From the NCBI GenBank assembly GCA_965112735.1, contig OZ218963.1, forward strand, positions 2,294,001-2,358,000: 64,000 nucleotides of DNA, in the 5' to 3' direction. Made by a program: the position numbers and the translations under genes. This stretch comes from Phaeosaccion multiseriatum (lineage: Eukaryota; Protista; Ochrophyta, other classes). The notes beneath the pieces were generated by a model that saw only the letters and a program-made list of their open reading frames with translations, did not search any database and had not been told where the DNA came from. Shown one piece after another: positions 1 through 11,700 of the stretch (positions within the stretch are counted from its first letter, which is position 1; each line of letters begins with the position of its first letter).

Positions 1-164
1 ATATAAATTTATACCTCGTTTGTTTTTACCCCCATAACAATGGCAGGAGGTCGCTTTTCTTCCCAACCTCTGGTGCGCTGAAAGTGTATATACTCTCACA
101 GACTCGCCCTTGCTCTTGCCCGTGCTCTTGCCCTTGTCCTGCTCACTCACCGAACACACAACAG

Positions 165-520
165 GTGTGCTGTGCGCCGGCAGCAAGTCTGCAAAGCTGG
201 CCTTCGCTTTTGACCTCCTCGACGACGACGGCGATGGCATGCTCACCAGGAGAGGGCTGTGGCGCTTCATTCGCTCCTTTCTGACGGTACTCATGGCTCT
301 CTCTTTCGCCTCCAGCGACCTCACCGCTGGTCAGCTCACGCGAGCTGTGGACGACGGGGCCGTGTGGACTAGTTCAAGAGTATTCGCCGAGACGGACACG
401 TTGTTGGTGGCCAACAAGATTAGCTTCGAAGAGTTTGCCTCCTGGTACACCAACGTTGGCTACGAGAGCAGCGCTTGGATCGAGCTCCTTTCCATTCCCA
501 AGTGGGGCGGTACCTTCTAA
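165..520 (+). CDS. Last exon of an EF-hand calcium-binding protein (calcineurin B/recoverin-like); upstream exons unresolved or outside the window
   Basis: EF loop DDDGDGMLTRRGL after KLAFAFDLL, second degenerate EF motif KISFEEFASWY; candidate acceptor ACAG at 161-164; stop TAA 518-520. Confidence 0.75.
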
Positions 521-1052
521 ATCAATACACCTGTGAGCTACGATCTCTTTCTCACTCTCCCGTTGTTGTCCTCCTCTGCCGTGGCCGGACGAGAGAGTGC
601 GAAAGGGATGGGGATGGGGGAATAGGAGTTGCTACAGTAACGCTTTATTTGATTATGATACAAGGGTTTATCCATTACCAAAAATACAAGGGCTTTGTCT
701 CACTCGCACCAGCTTACGCTGTCCACCTGTCTGCACTCTCTCTCTCTCTCAATCATGTCGACTCCGATGCAGGTAGTGACCAGACGGTAATTGCAAGGTG
801 AGGACGCAATCAAAAAAGCATAATCACCGCCATTTCTACTCTACTCCTGACCTCCCACAGGCATAACCGATGTACAAAAATGATGGGAGCTGATGATGCT
901 GCGCAGCGGCGACGGAACTGCTTCTCGTCCTGTCAGTCAGTCAGTCTGACCACACCACACGGCTCCCAGAGGAGAGCCTGCTGCCCACTTGCCGCTGCTT
1001 TTGCAAAGCTCGTTCGTTTGCGCTCAGTCCCCAACCAGTCCCCTCCCCTGCC

Positions 1053-4012
1053 TCAGCAGAAGAGAGCCACGAAGACAGTGATGTCGTCCGTGCTACCGGA
1101 GCGGATAGCCAAGCGCACGAGTTCATGCGCCACATTGACCTTGGCGGGGTTCTTGTGATAGGCTGCAATCTTCTTCCTGCAATACTGCACAATGTCGCTC
1201 TTGCTGCACACGTCCCACAGTCCGTCACTGGCAAAGACAACAAAGCCCTCCTCTGGTCTTTGCGACCTCCCCCGCACACTCACGTCCAGCCCCAGTCTAG
1301 ACTTGACCATTCGACTGCGCACGGAATCGTCCAAGGCATGGGGGCCGGGCGATGACCCTGCACCGCCACCGGAAATGGTTCTCCGCAATCCCCTTATGCT
1401 TCTAGATAGGGAGTCGCCCACGGAGTGTACCCGATGCATTTTTGATGATCTCTTCTTGGAGCTGGAGGAAGAGGTTGACGTATCGAGCAGCGGGTCGGTG
1501 GGCGGGGGCGGGGCAGGTAATCCCTTGGCCGACTCGTTCAAATCACTAGCATCAAGACCCTCCTCCTCCTCCTCCTCCTCCTCCTCCTCCTCCTCCCTGC
1601 CCATCGTGGCTCCCGACACGCTCAAGTCAAGTCCTGTGCCTACCATGACACCCGAGTCCACCGTGTGCTCGCTGCAGTCCCCAGCTGCAGCACCACTGCG
1701 GGGAGGGGGCGGTGGAAGCCAGAGTGATTTTGCTGCTGGCGCCGTGGTGGATGGTGCAACATGTGGGGACAATGATGCAGCTGTTGCTGTTTCTGCTGCT
1801 GTTCCTGCTGTTGTTTCTGCCGCGGTATCTGCTGCGGTATCTGCTGTTTCTGCTGCTGTTCTTGCTGAGGTATCAGCTGCGGAATCTGCTGGAGCATCTG
1901 CTGTTTCTGTTGCAGTAACTGCTGCGGTATCTGGCAGGGAGGGTAGCTTTGACGTCCCTTTCGAAGCCGATGCGTCCTTGTCCTGAATATCGAATCCCAC
2001 ATGGCGCGAATGAGGATACGGTGGCTCGTCTTCTAGACGTGCAAAATCTCTTGGAGGCGACTCTGGCTCCTCCGTCTCGCCTTCCACCACCTGCTCACCC
2101 CCTGACGACGAAGAGCCCAGCGAGGGCCCACAAGTGTGCGTCGCCGTAACCTTGCCATCCTCGTCCTCCTCGCCGCCGTCCCTTCGCACCTCCTCTTCTC
2201 CCTCTTTCTCGTGTTCGTTCGCCTTTACGCTTCCCTCGTCAAGCAGAGAGAGGGGCGTTTGCGGGAGTCCAACTGCCTGGCCAGCAGGTTGTCGTCCCTC
2301 CTCTTCGCCCTCGTCAGTCTTGGCGCTTCCCTCGCCAAGCAGAGAGGGGCGCACTTGCAGGAGCCCAAGAGCCTGGGCAGCAGGTTTTACAGGGGTGCCC
2401 GTCGCGCTCTTGGCCGGAGTCCCAAGCGCCATGGACCCACTTGCCCCTCCCCGGGGTTTTGCACCACCAGCAAAAGGAACAGGGAGACTGTTTCTCACCA
2501 CCTTTGTGCCTGACACGTATGGGATGGAAGTAACCGCTCCAGGACAGTGGGTCTTTACATCAAGGTCACCAATAGATCGACTCGGCTGCAGCACCCCAAA
2601 CGCCCTTCCCCCCTCGACGGTTCCTCCCACACGAAGAATACGCTCTCTCTCGATATCGTCAGAGCAGCGGTGAACGTCTGAGAGCTCAGATAGTGTTCCT
2701 TTACACTTTCCACCCACGGAAGTATAGATGATGGCCCGGCAGTCCCCCACATTGGCGACCTGGAGCTCGCCTTCGCAGAATAACCCCACCACCACGCAGG
2801 CGCCACTGCCTTCCATGATAAGACTGACGAACTCGGTGAAGCGCTCTTCCGTAACCGCCATGGCCTCCTTCAACACAAAATGCATTCGATCTGCCAGAGA
2901 CAGTCCCAGACCTGCGTCCTGCTGCCACTGAGTTTGCTCCTGGTGGTGCAGGTGCACCTGCCCCGGCAGCAGTGATTTCTGACTCCATGCGTTGCACCCC
3001 TGCACAATGGAGGGAATGTTCTTGCTGCACCATTCTGCGCAAAGAGAGCCCCCATGTCCATCCAAGACCCCCCTGTAGCGGAGGACACACAGGACAGACC
3101 GCGGGCCCCAAAAGGAAGAGGCATGAGGAGAAGTGGTGGGTGGTGAGGGGGTTGGTCGATGGTCATGGGATGGGGGGAGAAGCACAATATGGGCAGGAGA
3201 ATCGAGGCAGGCAGTACCGGAATCGGCAGTTGGGGACGAGGACAAGGAGGGGGCAGGCTAAGATACGACCACAGCACCACAACCAGCAATAGCAGGTGCA
3301 CGATATCAGGTCACGCATTCACTCACATGCAATGCACTGTCTTTCCCTCCCATTCAAACTCGCTGCTAAAGAGCCGGTCCTCATTGGCGTGTCGACGTCC
3401 CTCGAAGGAGTGCTCAAATTTGACCAGCGCCCACGGCGCCCCCCCCTGCCCCGAAGGGTTGGGCTCTTCCGCTTGCTGCACTTCATCCAAAAGCAGGCTC
3501 TGACTCTCTTCTGACTCCTGCGTGTCTGCCGTCTTGCTGGAAATGTCACTTTCTTCAGAGTCTTTACCGCCCGCAGTGGCGAGGGATGCCGCTGCTACTA
3601 CTGCTACTCCTGCTGGTGGAGGTCGTGGTGGAAGTCCTTCTCCATCAGAATCCGTGTTTTGCCCAAGTGCCACCGCGGGTGCCTCTTCTGCCCGTCTGGC
3701 TGCGTCTAGTGCTGGTAGAGGCCGTGGTGAAGATTTGTGCTTCTCAATCGTGGGCACATTTGCTCCTTCTATTCCTCCTTTCGTCCCTCTAACTGCGTCG
3801 GGTTCTATAATGCCTCCACTGCCTTTTCCCACTTTGCACGAGAACACCCCACGCCAGCTGTCTTTCTGACACAGCAGGAAGGGCATTCTTCTTGTAGCAC
3901 CACGCTTCAAACTCAAGCCGCACAAGCAGAAGTAGCAGCACAGCCCCCTTCCGCAGTAACTCGAACTCTGAGGGGAAGAAGCTGAAACTTCGGAGTGCTG
4001 ATCTCCTTCCAT
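1053..4012 (-). CDS. PP2C/PPM-type Ser/Thr phosphatase, two exons (4012-3327 and 3072-1053); start codon uncertain
   Basis: Motifs GRRHANEDR, GVLDGHGG, VANVGDCRA, LQPSRSIGD, FASDGLWD, GSTDDITV; GT-AG intron 3326-3073 joins HCM to GVLDGHGG in frame. Confidence 0.9.
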
Positions 4013-4035
4013 ATCCAGGATGCGGAGGAGTAGAA

Positions 4036-6117
4036 ATGGCAATCGCAAACCCGTCCGTCGTACTGCCGGTGGCGCTGCTGCTGCTGCTGTTGCTGCTACC
4101 GCCACCACTTTATATCAGAAGGTGGGAGCAGAGCTATGGGAGGACGGCAGGAACAACAGCTCTTCCTGGCACCCTTCTTCTCCGAGGACGGCAAACGCGT
4201 GGAGGGGGCTGTCCAACGAGCTGTCCAACGAGAGCAGTAAACAGGGCCGCGGGTGGACGGCTGCCGAGGCTGGAGCGGTTGTGGACGCATGGGAAGAGAG
4301 TTTTAGTCGCATAGACATGCAGGACATGGACCAGTCGAACACCTGGCTGGACATGTGGCCGGTGACGAGAGAAATGGAGATCAAGTGCACGCTGAAAGTG
4401 GACCTCCACCAGGACGGCATCGGTAGCGAGGTTCTCAGATGGTTGTTCGGTGTTATTCTTGCTGAAGGTCTTGGTTGTGCGATAGTCACCCCGGACCTTA
4501 CACCGCCCCCACTTGAAGATCCACACGCGGACGATTGGAAAACCCTGGCACACTTTCACGAGAACGTCGAGAAGGGAGGGGTTTGGCGCAACGGCACTCT
4601 GTACTGCCACCGCACTGTGACCGAGAACGATACAAGGTCCGAAGATACCAGCTTCGAGAACTTGTCCAGGTCGTATCGATGCGTCATCGAGGATTGGGAG
4701 CAGTTCTTCAACCTCCAGGAGTATACCGCTGAGAGCACGGCGGCCTCTGCGTGGGTGAGTGTGGCAGGAGTGGGTGTAGCGGCCTTTGCTTTTGCTTTGA
4801 CGCACAAGACGTCTTACGCCCCCCGCTTCCGTGGTCACAAATACCTTTGTTCTCCTACCCAGACGACGATTATTCCGTCACCGAAGGGCAGCGCGCATGT
4901 GGACAACTGGCTACCAGTGTACAGAGAGAGATATTCCGTCTTGCTGTTACTTGTAAGCTCTGTGGTCGTGCCCACAATTGTGGTGCAAGGTCGGACGTGG
5001 CGCAAAGGTGACGATCCGACGGCGTCGATACCTTCAGCCGTCAGAACAGCGATCAACCGGATACGCGAGGCTTTCCACAGGTTTCCTCGGCCCGGGTAAG
5101 AAGCTCATTTGGGGGATGGGGGGCGGGGGCTGGGAGGTTACGCAATGTCTTGCCCTGGCAGGCTTTGTTATTACTCGTCCTCAACGGCCTTGGTTCGCGG
5201 TGCCGCCCCCTCACGTCGACAGGTATGCGGAAACCCCTGACTGCGGTTTCGCGCCGAACCAGCTCAACGTGGCCGTGCATCTACGGATGGGGGATCTGCA
5301 AGGGAGAAAAACCGACGACCATGGTGCCACAGCAGAGGGCTACGACTTGCATGTGCACAGTCTGGTCGAGAGAATATCCACGGTAGTGGCGCAGATTGGG
5401 TACTCACCGCCGGTGTTTCACATCTTTTCTGAGTCTCGCTCCCCTTGCCCGCACCCGGAGAGCCGAGTGTTCGGAGAGTTTCCGCATCTTCACATTAGTA
5501 CTGAGCAGGTAGGAAGGATCCTGCTGTTGGGTTTGCGAGGCGAAGAATTCATGGCAAGCCAACATTCGTTCTCTCCTCCACCCTTCCTCCGCCCGGTGCA
5601 GATCCAAGCTTGTCGACAACTGGTTTCCACGCCTTCTGAACACTGTCCAGAAAGGGAGATGGGCGGTGTCTGCGGGTTTGACGGCCTTCGATCCTTCACG
5701 GCAGAGCTTGATGGCGTCACAGCACGTACTCCCACGTCTCCAACCACGTCCTCGTCCTCACAGAGCAAATTCATGCTCCACATGAACGGTCATGAGGGTG
5801 AGACACTGAGATGCATGGCCAACGCCGACATCGTCGTCTCCTCCAACAGTTGCTTTGGGCAGTTGGCTACCTTACTCAATAACGGTTTGAAGATCTTCTG
5901 CACCACCTGTGGCCGCACGACCGCACGCAAAATCTACGGCAAGATTTTGACTTTCCTTGCTCTTGCGGAGGGGGGCAGATTCTGGTTTCCAGTTGCAGGA
6001 AGGGAGAGAGAGCCAGTTCTGTCGACAGTATTGCTGAAAGATCAACTAGCGGCACTTTGTGCCATGAGGAATGTGACGCCCCTGAAGAAGAACGACCAAG
6101 GGGGGGGGGGGGGGTAG
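4036..6117 (+). CDS. Putative Golgi glycosyltransferase (fucosyltransferase GT11/GT23-like), multi-exon; exon structure only partly resolved
   Basis: VAVHLRMGD and MANADIVVSSNSCFG resemble fucosyltransferase donor-binding motifs; hydrophobic N-terminal anchor in the 4036 frame; candidate in-frame GT-AG introns near 4755-4862 and 5509-5600. Confidence 0.55.
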
Positions 6118-6594
6118 GAAGCGGTAGGGGGAAAGAGCCTGATCCCCTTCCATCTTCTTCCTACTTACTTACTCCGTCACGCATGCCTGTACCAGGTAAG
6201 ACTGTGGTGGAGGTGGGACAGGCTCAATTACGTAATGTTAGGTATGCAGAGTAGTAAGTCAATGATGTGGGACGCGGCCTTTTTAAATCCCCCTCCGCAC
6301 TCCTGAACCCGTATAGACCAAGTGGATAGCTCTCCTTTAAACAAGGAGGCTGTCCAGGGTCTTAGGGTGGGATAGTCCTTATTATCAATACACTTGGTGC
6401 TAGCATTGGTATCTTCTCCCCATATTGGGACCGGAACGCAGCGCTCAGCTTGGGGGTACCTTCTTACTCTTAGGCAGAGGAAGGTAGCGGCCCCACACGT
6501 GGCAACGACGAAGTGATTCGAAGTCTCTCTTCCCCAGCACAATCCCTGTCGCTGGGCGTTCTTTGCCGCGTTCCGCGTCAAGGGGGGAGGGAGT

Positions 6595-7782
6595 ATGGAC
6601 GCCTCAGCTCCGTCCGGAGATGACGACGAGGAGGATGAAAAGTATGGATGGATGGTGGGAGAGGATGAGGAAACGCGCATCAGGCGTCTGATGATGCGGA
6701 ACCGTTATCCTTTTATCTCCTACGCCCAAGGCGGATTCTGGTATTCGGAAGAGGACGAACAGACGAGGCGCCAAGAGGACGAACAGACGATGCGCCGGCT
6801 CAAGATGCTTTATCGGGAGGAGAAGGCGTGCTGGCTTCAGGTTTGGGAATGGAGCCGGATACTTGACTGGAGCAGCGTGACAGTGAATGGGTGGACGTAC
6901 ACTCTTTCAGACTTCAGGTATCGGAGTGAGCAGCATGAGAAGGAGCTGCGCCGACGGAAATCCGAAGAAGAGGCTCGGACGAAGGACGAGGCCGAGCAGG
7001 AACGACAGCGAAGGAAACAATGGGAACGAGAGATGGCTTCAGACATCACCTACTACGTCCAGGGCTATACCTATTGGCAATACAGCACAGAAGCGGATGA
7101 GCGGCGCAGACGGGAAGGAAGAAAGCCGTGTGGGATTGAGCTTTGTGAGGAGCTTGAGCGCAGAGGATATGATAGCAGCAGTGATGTGATAGTGAACGGA
7201 TGGTGCCAGTCATTCGCATGCTTTAGGGGCTATGCGGAGCAAGAAAAGGAGAGGTTGCGTCAGCAGACAGCAGAGGAGGAAGAAGCAAAATTGCGTCAGT
7301 CGTGGCCAGAGCAGTCTGATGGGCCGCGGGCTGCCATGCATTGGCAGCAGCAGCAGTCAGAGTATCAACCGCCACTACAACAATCATACTCTCCTCAAGG
7401 TCCTCAGTGGCAACCTCGGGCCGCTCAGCATTGGCAACAACACAAACGGACACTCGACACGGGCCCAACCCAGCAGCAGATGGAAGAGACGACGATGCTT
7501 CAGCAGCCCAGTGAACGAAGAGGGTCTTCCCATCACGGACACTGCAGCGACAGTGGCAGCTCATCATCCAGCAGAGCCGTCCGTGACAGTCACGCTTGTA
7601 GAGGACGGCAGTCGAGGGATGAGCAGCACTCTCTGCCTCAGCTTCAGCATACAGAGAGCTCTCAATCGCGACAGCAAGAAAGGAAGGAGCAAGAACAGAA
7701 GCGTCGTAGACTGCTGGAAATGGTGGAAAACGCTATGAAGCGCCTTGACTCCATGGGGAGTTCCATGAAGAGGATACTGTAA
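6595..7782 (+). CDS. Element A ORF1, charged/Gln-rich protein of unknown function (gag position)
   Basis: 395 aa ORF just after the 5' LTR; internal duplicated motif SS-V-VNGW--F. Confidence 0.5.
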   Translation: MDASAPSGDDDEEDEKYGWMVGEDEETRIRRLMMRNRYPFISYAQGGFWYSEEDEQTRRQEDEQTMRRLKMLYREEKACWLQVWEWSRILDWSSVTVNGWTYTLSDFRYRSEQHEKELRRRKSEEEARTKDEAEQERQRRKQWEREMASDITYYVQGYTYWQYSTEADERRRREGRKPCGIELCEELERRGYDSSSDVIVNGWCQSFACFRGYAEQEKERLRQQTAEEEEAKLRQSWPEQSDGPRAAMHWQQQQSEYQPPLQQSYSPQGPQWQPRAAQHWQQHKRTLDTGPTQQQMEETTMLQQPSERRGSSHHGHCSDSGSSSSSRAVRDSHACRGRQSRDEQHSLPQLQHTESSQSRQQERKEQEQKRRRLLEMVENAMKRLDSMGSSMKRIL

Positions 7783-7842
7783 ACAACAGCCAGACACCAG
7801 CAACTTTCTCCCCACCGGCAGTCCTCTCCTCCTTCTCAGCGT

Positions 7843-7925
7843 ATGGAGCGGACTCCTTCTCCATCACGCGGACGTACTCAACAGCGTTCGTCTACAAGGT
7901 CGCGGCAGCAGCCTCAGCAATCTCA

Positions 7926-7956
<31 letters not shown>

Positions 7957-7961
7957 ACGCC

Positions 7962-8056
<95 letters not shown>

Positions 8057-8162
8057 TACAGCCGACGCCGCAGCAGCAGCAGCAGCCGCAGCATCAGCCG
8101 CTGCAACCTTCTCAGCCCGCCTTACACTCTCAGCCCCAGCAGCAGCAGCGACAACAGCAGCA

Positions 8163-8193
<31 letters not shown>

Positions 8194-8267
8194 GAGCAGC
8201 TGCTGCAGCGGGAACAACAGCACCATCGACAAGAGCGAGCACCGCAACAGCAGAGATTGGAGCAAGA
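7843..8267 (+). pseudogene. Element A ORF2 N-part (poly-Gln), interrupted by element B; continues at 48012-48801
   Basis: Removing B and one AAGA copy restores the frame RLEQD-QKREGQLEV; (CAG)n tract about 7923-8190. Confidence 0.7.
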
Positions 8268-8733
8268 TGTTGGAAGGCCTCAGAGTGAGAAGGACCATAA
8301 GTCAATGGTCGGTGTGTCCTATATTACGTAGATTCTGAGTGGAGGAGGACGTCAGAACGGTGATCTTGGTATAAGGAGAGCCTAGCAGCAGGGCTTGCAA
8401 ACGGGTTCCATCCCGTATAATATATCAAGGGTTACCACTTGTCTAAGCGGCTTAGGTCGCTTTTACAACCCGTTTTGACACAATTGCTGGTGAGGATATC
8501 CGAAAAACAAAGGAAGGAGAGGCAGGACAGGACAGGACCGGGAAGGCAGGAGGCACACAGGCCATCTAGGACCAGACTCGGAGGCGGTAGGCAGTACCAG
8601 CACACGGCCTACAGGGGACAGTGGCTGCCACAGCGGTGGGCAGAGGATAGGCAGCAGGCAGGGAGCGAACAGCAGAAGCGGCACAGCAGTGTGGGGGTGA
8701 CGTGAGGGGCGCTCGGTCGGCCACAGCGGCACC

Positions 8734-11700
8734 CATGGCGGATTCTCCCACCAGTGTGGTCCCGAGTGGTGTTCTGACTCTCGCCCAACGCGCTGCCGCT
8801 GAGGAAACACGTGCTGCAGGCGAGGCAACAGCGACGGTCACGCCCCCATCTACGCCTCGTACGTCAGGATTTCTTCAGCGTCTCTCTGGTGGCCTCACTG
8901 GGTTCCTCTCTCGGCAGTCGGCGGCCCTCTCGGCGGCTGACGAGGCGGAGGTGGACGCTCAGGCTGAGCGGGATGTGGACCGGGTTATCCAGGCGGGCGA
9001 TCTGCATGCTGCTGCCCTCGAGGCTGATGCCGCGGCTGGAGCGGTGGAGGAGGAGGAGGAGGAGAATTCGGAGGAGGAGGAGGAGGAGGAGGAGGCGGAG
9101 GAGGAGGCAGGGACGGCTTCGGCGGCAGCGGGGATGGCAGGGGGTACTGTGGGCGCTGTGGCAGACGGCAGGGCTGTGACTGCTGCAGCCCCGACTTTTT
9201 ACGGAGGCAGCGGGCGGCATCGCTGTCGGTGACGGGTTGGGGGTGCAGCAGCGGTTGCTAGCGGCTCAGATGTTGGGGCTGCAGCAGCAGATGGCCAGTT
9301 TGCATCTCCAAGCCTTGCCGCCCGGTGGCCCTGTGCTGGGGGGGGGGGTGCAAACGATTCGGAGCTTGCCCGCTAACCTCTCTCTCATGCCCACGCTCAC
9401 CTGGGGCATGACGCACCGGGCCACGTTGGAGGTCGTCTCCAAGTGGATGCAGCAGCTGGAGTCCTGGGGCTACATGCGGCACGGGGAGGTGAAGGAAGAG
9501 CAGTGGGTGGAGGTGCAGCGTCTCATGCTTGAGGGTTTCTCGGTGATGGAGCGGAGTAAGCTCGATACAGCGGTGAGTGTGGAGAGGTCTGCACCTGACA
9601 CTCCGCCTTTCTACCACGCGGCCGTGAGGGCGCTATTCCGGTTCTTTCACACGGTCGAGCTGCAGAGCGCCGCGGTGGTACGGAGTCTGGTGACGTCCGA
9701 GTTGACGGGCTGCATGGAGTCCAATCTCAAGCTGGTGACGGGGGTGTATCAGGTTAACGGCCTCAGGGCCTTGTTGGCGCAGGTCGGCGGCGATGCGCTG
9801 GCCGCCCTCGTGGATCAGGAGGGGATGGCGGTTCTGGAGGCTCAAGCCATGCATCGGCGCAGGGGCATCAGTCAGCAGTCGCTCACCAACGCCATCCTGC
9901 AGGAGGTGAACATGGCGATGGCACACAAGCACTCCTGGGCGGCCTTGGGGACTATGTTGGAGCGGAAGTGCCCCCAGGAGTTCGAGCAGGTGCTCATGGA
10001 CCACAGCCAGTTGTCGTGCGGGGGTGGCGGTGGTGGCGGTGGTGGTGGGGGCGGTGGGGGTGGCAGGCCTAGGAGGGAGAGCATGGACATCAACGCCGTG
10101 GATCTGCCGGCTTCTGCTGCCGCTACCACCTCCATGGCGGCATCGGGTGCCACCCCGCAGACTGTGGGGGCCGTGGTGCCGGCTCTGCACGCGCCGGCGA
10201 TCGCTGCTATGGGTGTGGTCAGACAGGGCACTTCCGTTTTGGGTGTAATGTGGTGCCCCCAACCCCGGGTCTGAAGCGCGCGTTGATGAAGCAATTGAAG
10301 CGGAAGCTGGCGGAGGACCCGGATTTCGACGCCATCTCCGAGATGGTTAGGGGCGTGCAGGCAGAGGCAGCGGGTGGTCTGTTGTGACGATGCCCCGCCG
10401 CTACAGAGTCGGTAGCAGCGGGGCCCGGAGCCCTGGGGCGGGGGGGGGTGGTAACGGCAAGTAGTAGGGCAGTAGATACGGGAGTTAGAGAGGGTAACAA
10501 ATCACATAATGTAACACCTCATCGAGCTTGTGTATCGTCTTCCTTCAGCTTGCTAGCCACACCTCCTCCCTCCCCGAGGGGCGAGATTCACACAGTTGAC
10601 AGCGGTAGGCCCGTTGACAGCGGTAGGGGGTGGGTTGACGGTGAGGGGGTGGAGCAGAAGGCGGAGAAGGCGAAGGAGGCGGAGGAGGAGGCGGCGGTGT
10701 GGGGTGTGGTAGGGGGCATGCCGTTGTGGCGGCAGCGAGCTTGCCGTGAGCCACGCCTTCCGAACCATATGCTGCGCATCGGGCGGCGGAAGCAGCAAGC
10801 GCTCACTCTGCGCGCAACAGCTGACGCCGCACGGGCTCGGGCGGCCGCGTTCCTACGTTGTGCAGTGGGGCTCCCAGCCGCTGGGGGTGCAGTCGAGGGT
10901 GCGGCCGTTGGAGGGTTGAGGGCTGCCCCGCTCACGTTGGTGGCGGTGGAGGCGGAGGCAGAGGCGGAGGAGGTGGAGGTGGAGGAGGAGGAGGAGGAGG
11001 AGGCAGAGGAGCAGCAGGAGGAGGAGGAGGAGGAGGCGGAGGAGGAGGAGGAGGAGGCGGAGGCGGCAGCTGACGCAGTCACGGCGGAGGCACAGGAGGA
11101 GGAGGCGGAGGAGGAGGAGGAGGAGGAGGAGGAGGAGGAGGAGGAGGAGGAGGAGGAGGAGAGGAGGAGGAGGAGGAGGAGGAGGAGGAGGAGGAGGAGG
11201 AGGAGGAGGAGGAGGAGGAGGAGGAGGAGGAGGAGGAGGAGAAGGCGGATGAGGAGGAGGCGGAGGAGAAGGAGGCGGAGGAGGAGGCGGAGGAGGCAGC
11301 TGCCGCAGTGACGGCGGAGGCACCGGCGGGGCAGGAGAAGGAAGAGGCTCAGAAGGCGACGGCAGAGGAAACGGAGGAGGAGGCGGAGGAGGAGGAGGAG
11401 GAGGAGGAGGAGGAGGAGGCGAAGGAGGAGGAGGAGGAGGCGGAGGAGAAGGAGGAGGCGGAGAAGGAGGAGAAGGAAGAGGCTCAGAAGGCGACGGAGG
11501 AGGAGCAACCAATGTCGGAGGGGCTGGAGGCGGAGGAGACGGTGGTGGATTACGGGCACGAGGCTCGACAGACTGGTGCAGCAGCCGATGCAGCAATAGC
11601 AGCAGCGCTCTTTGGGGCTGAGCTGCAGGCAGAGGTTGAGGCCGCTGCACAGGGGCCGGCATGCGGGCTGGTGGGGGCGACGGCGGAGGCACAGCGGCGG

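Noticed and set aside
6498-6515. Assignment of element A PBS to a specific tRNA
   Set aside because: TGGCAACGACG looks like a tRNA-type PBS but cannot be assigned without the host tRNA set
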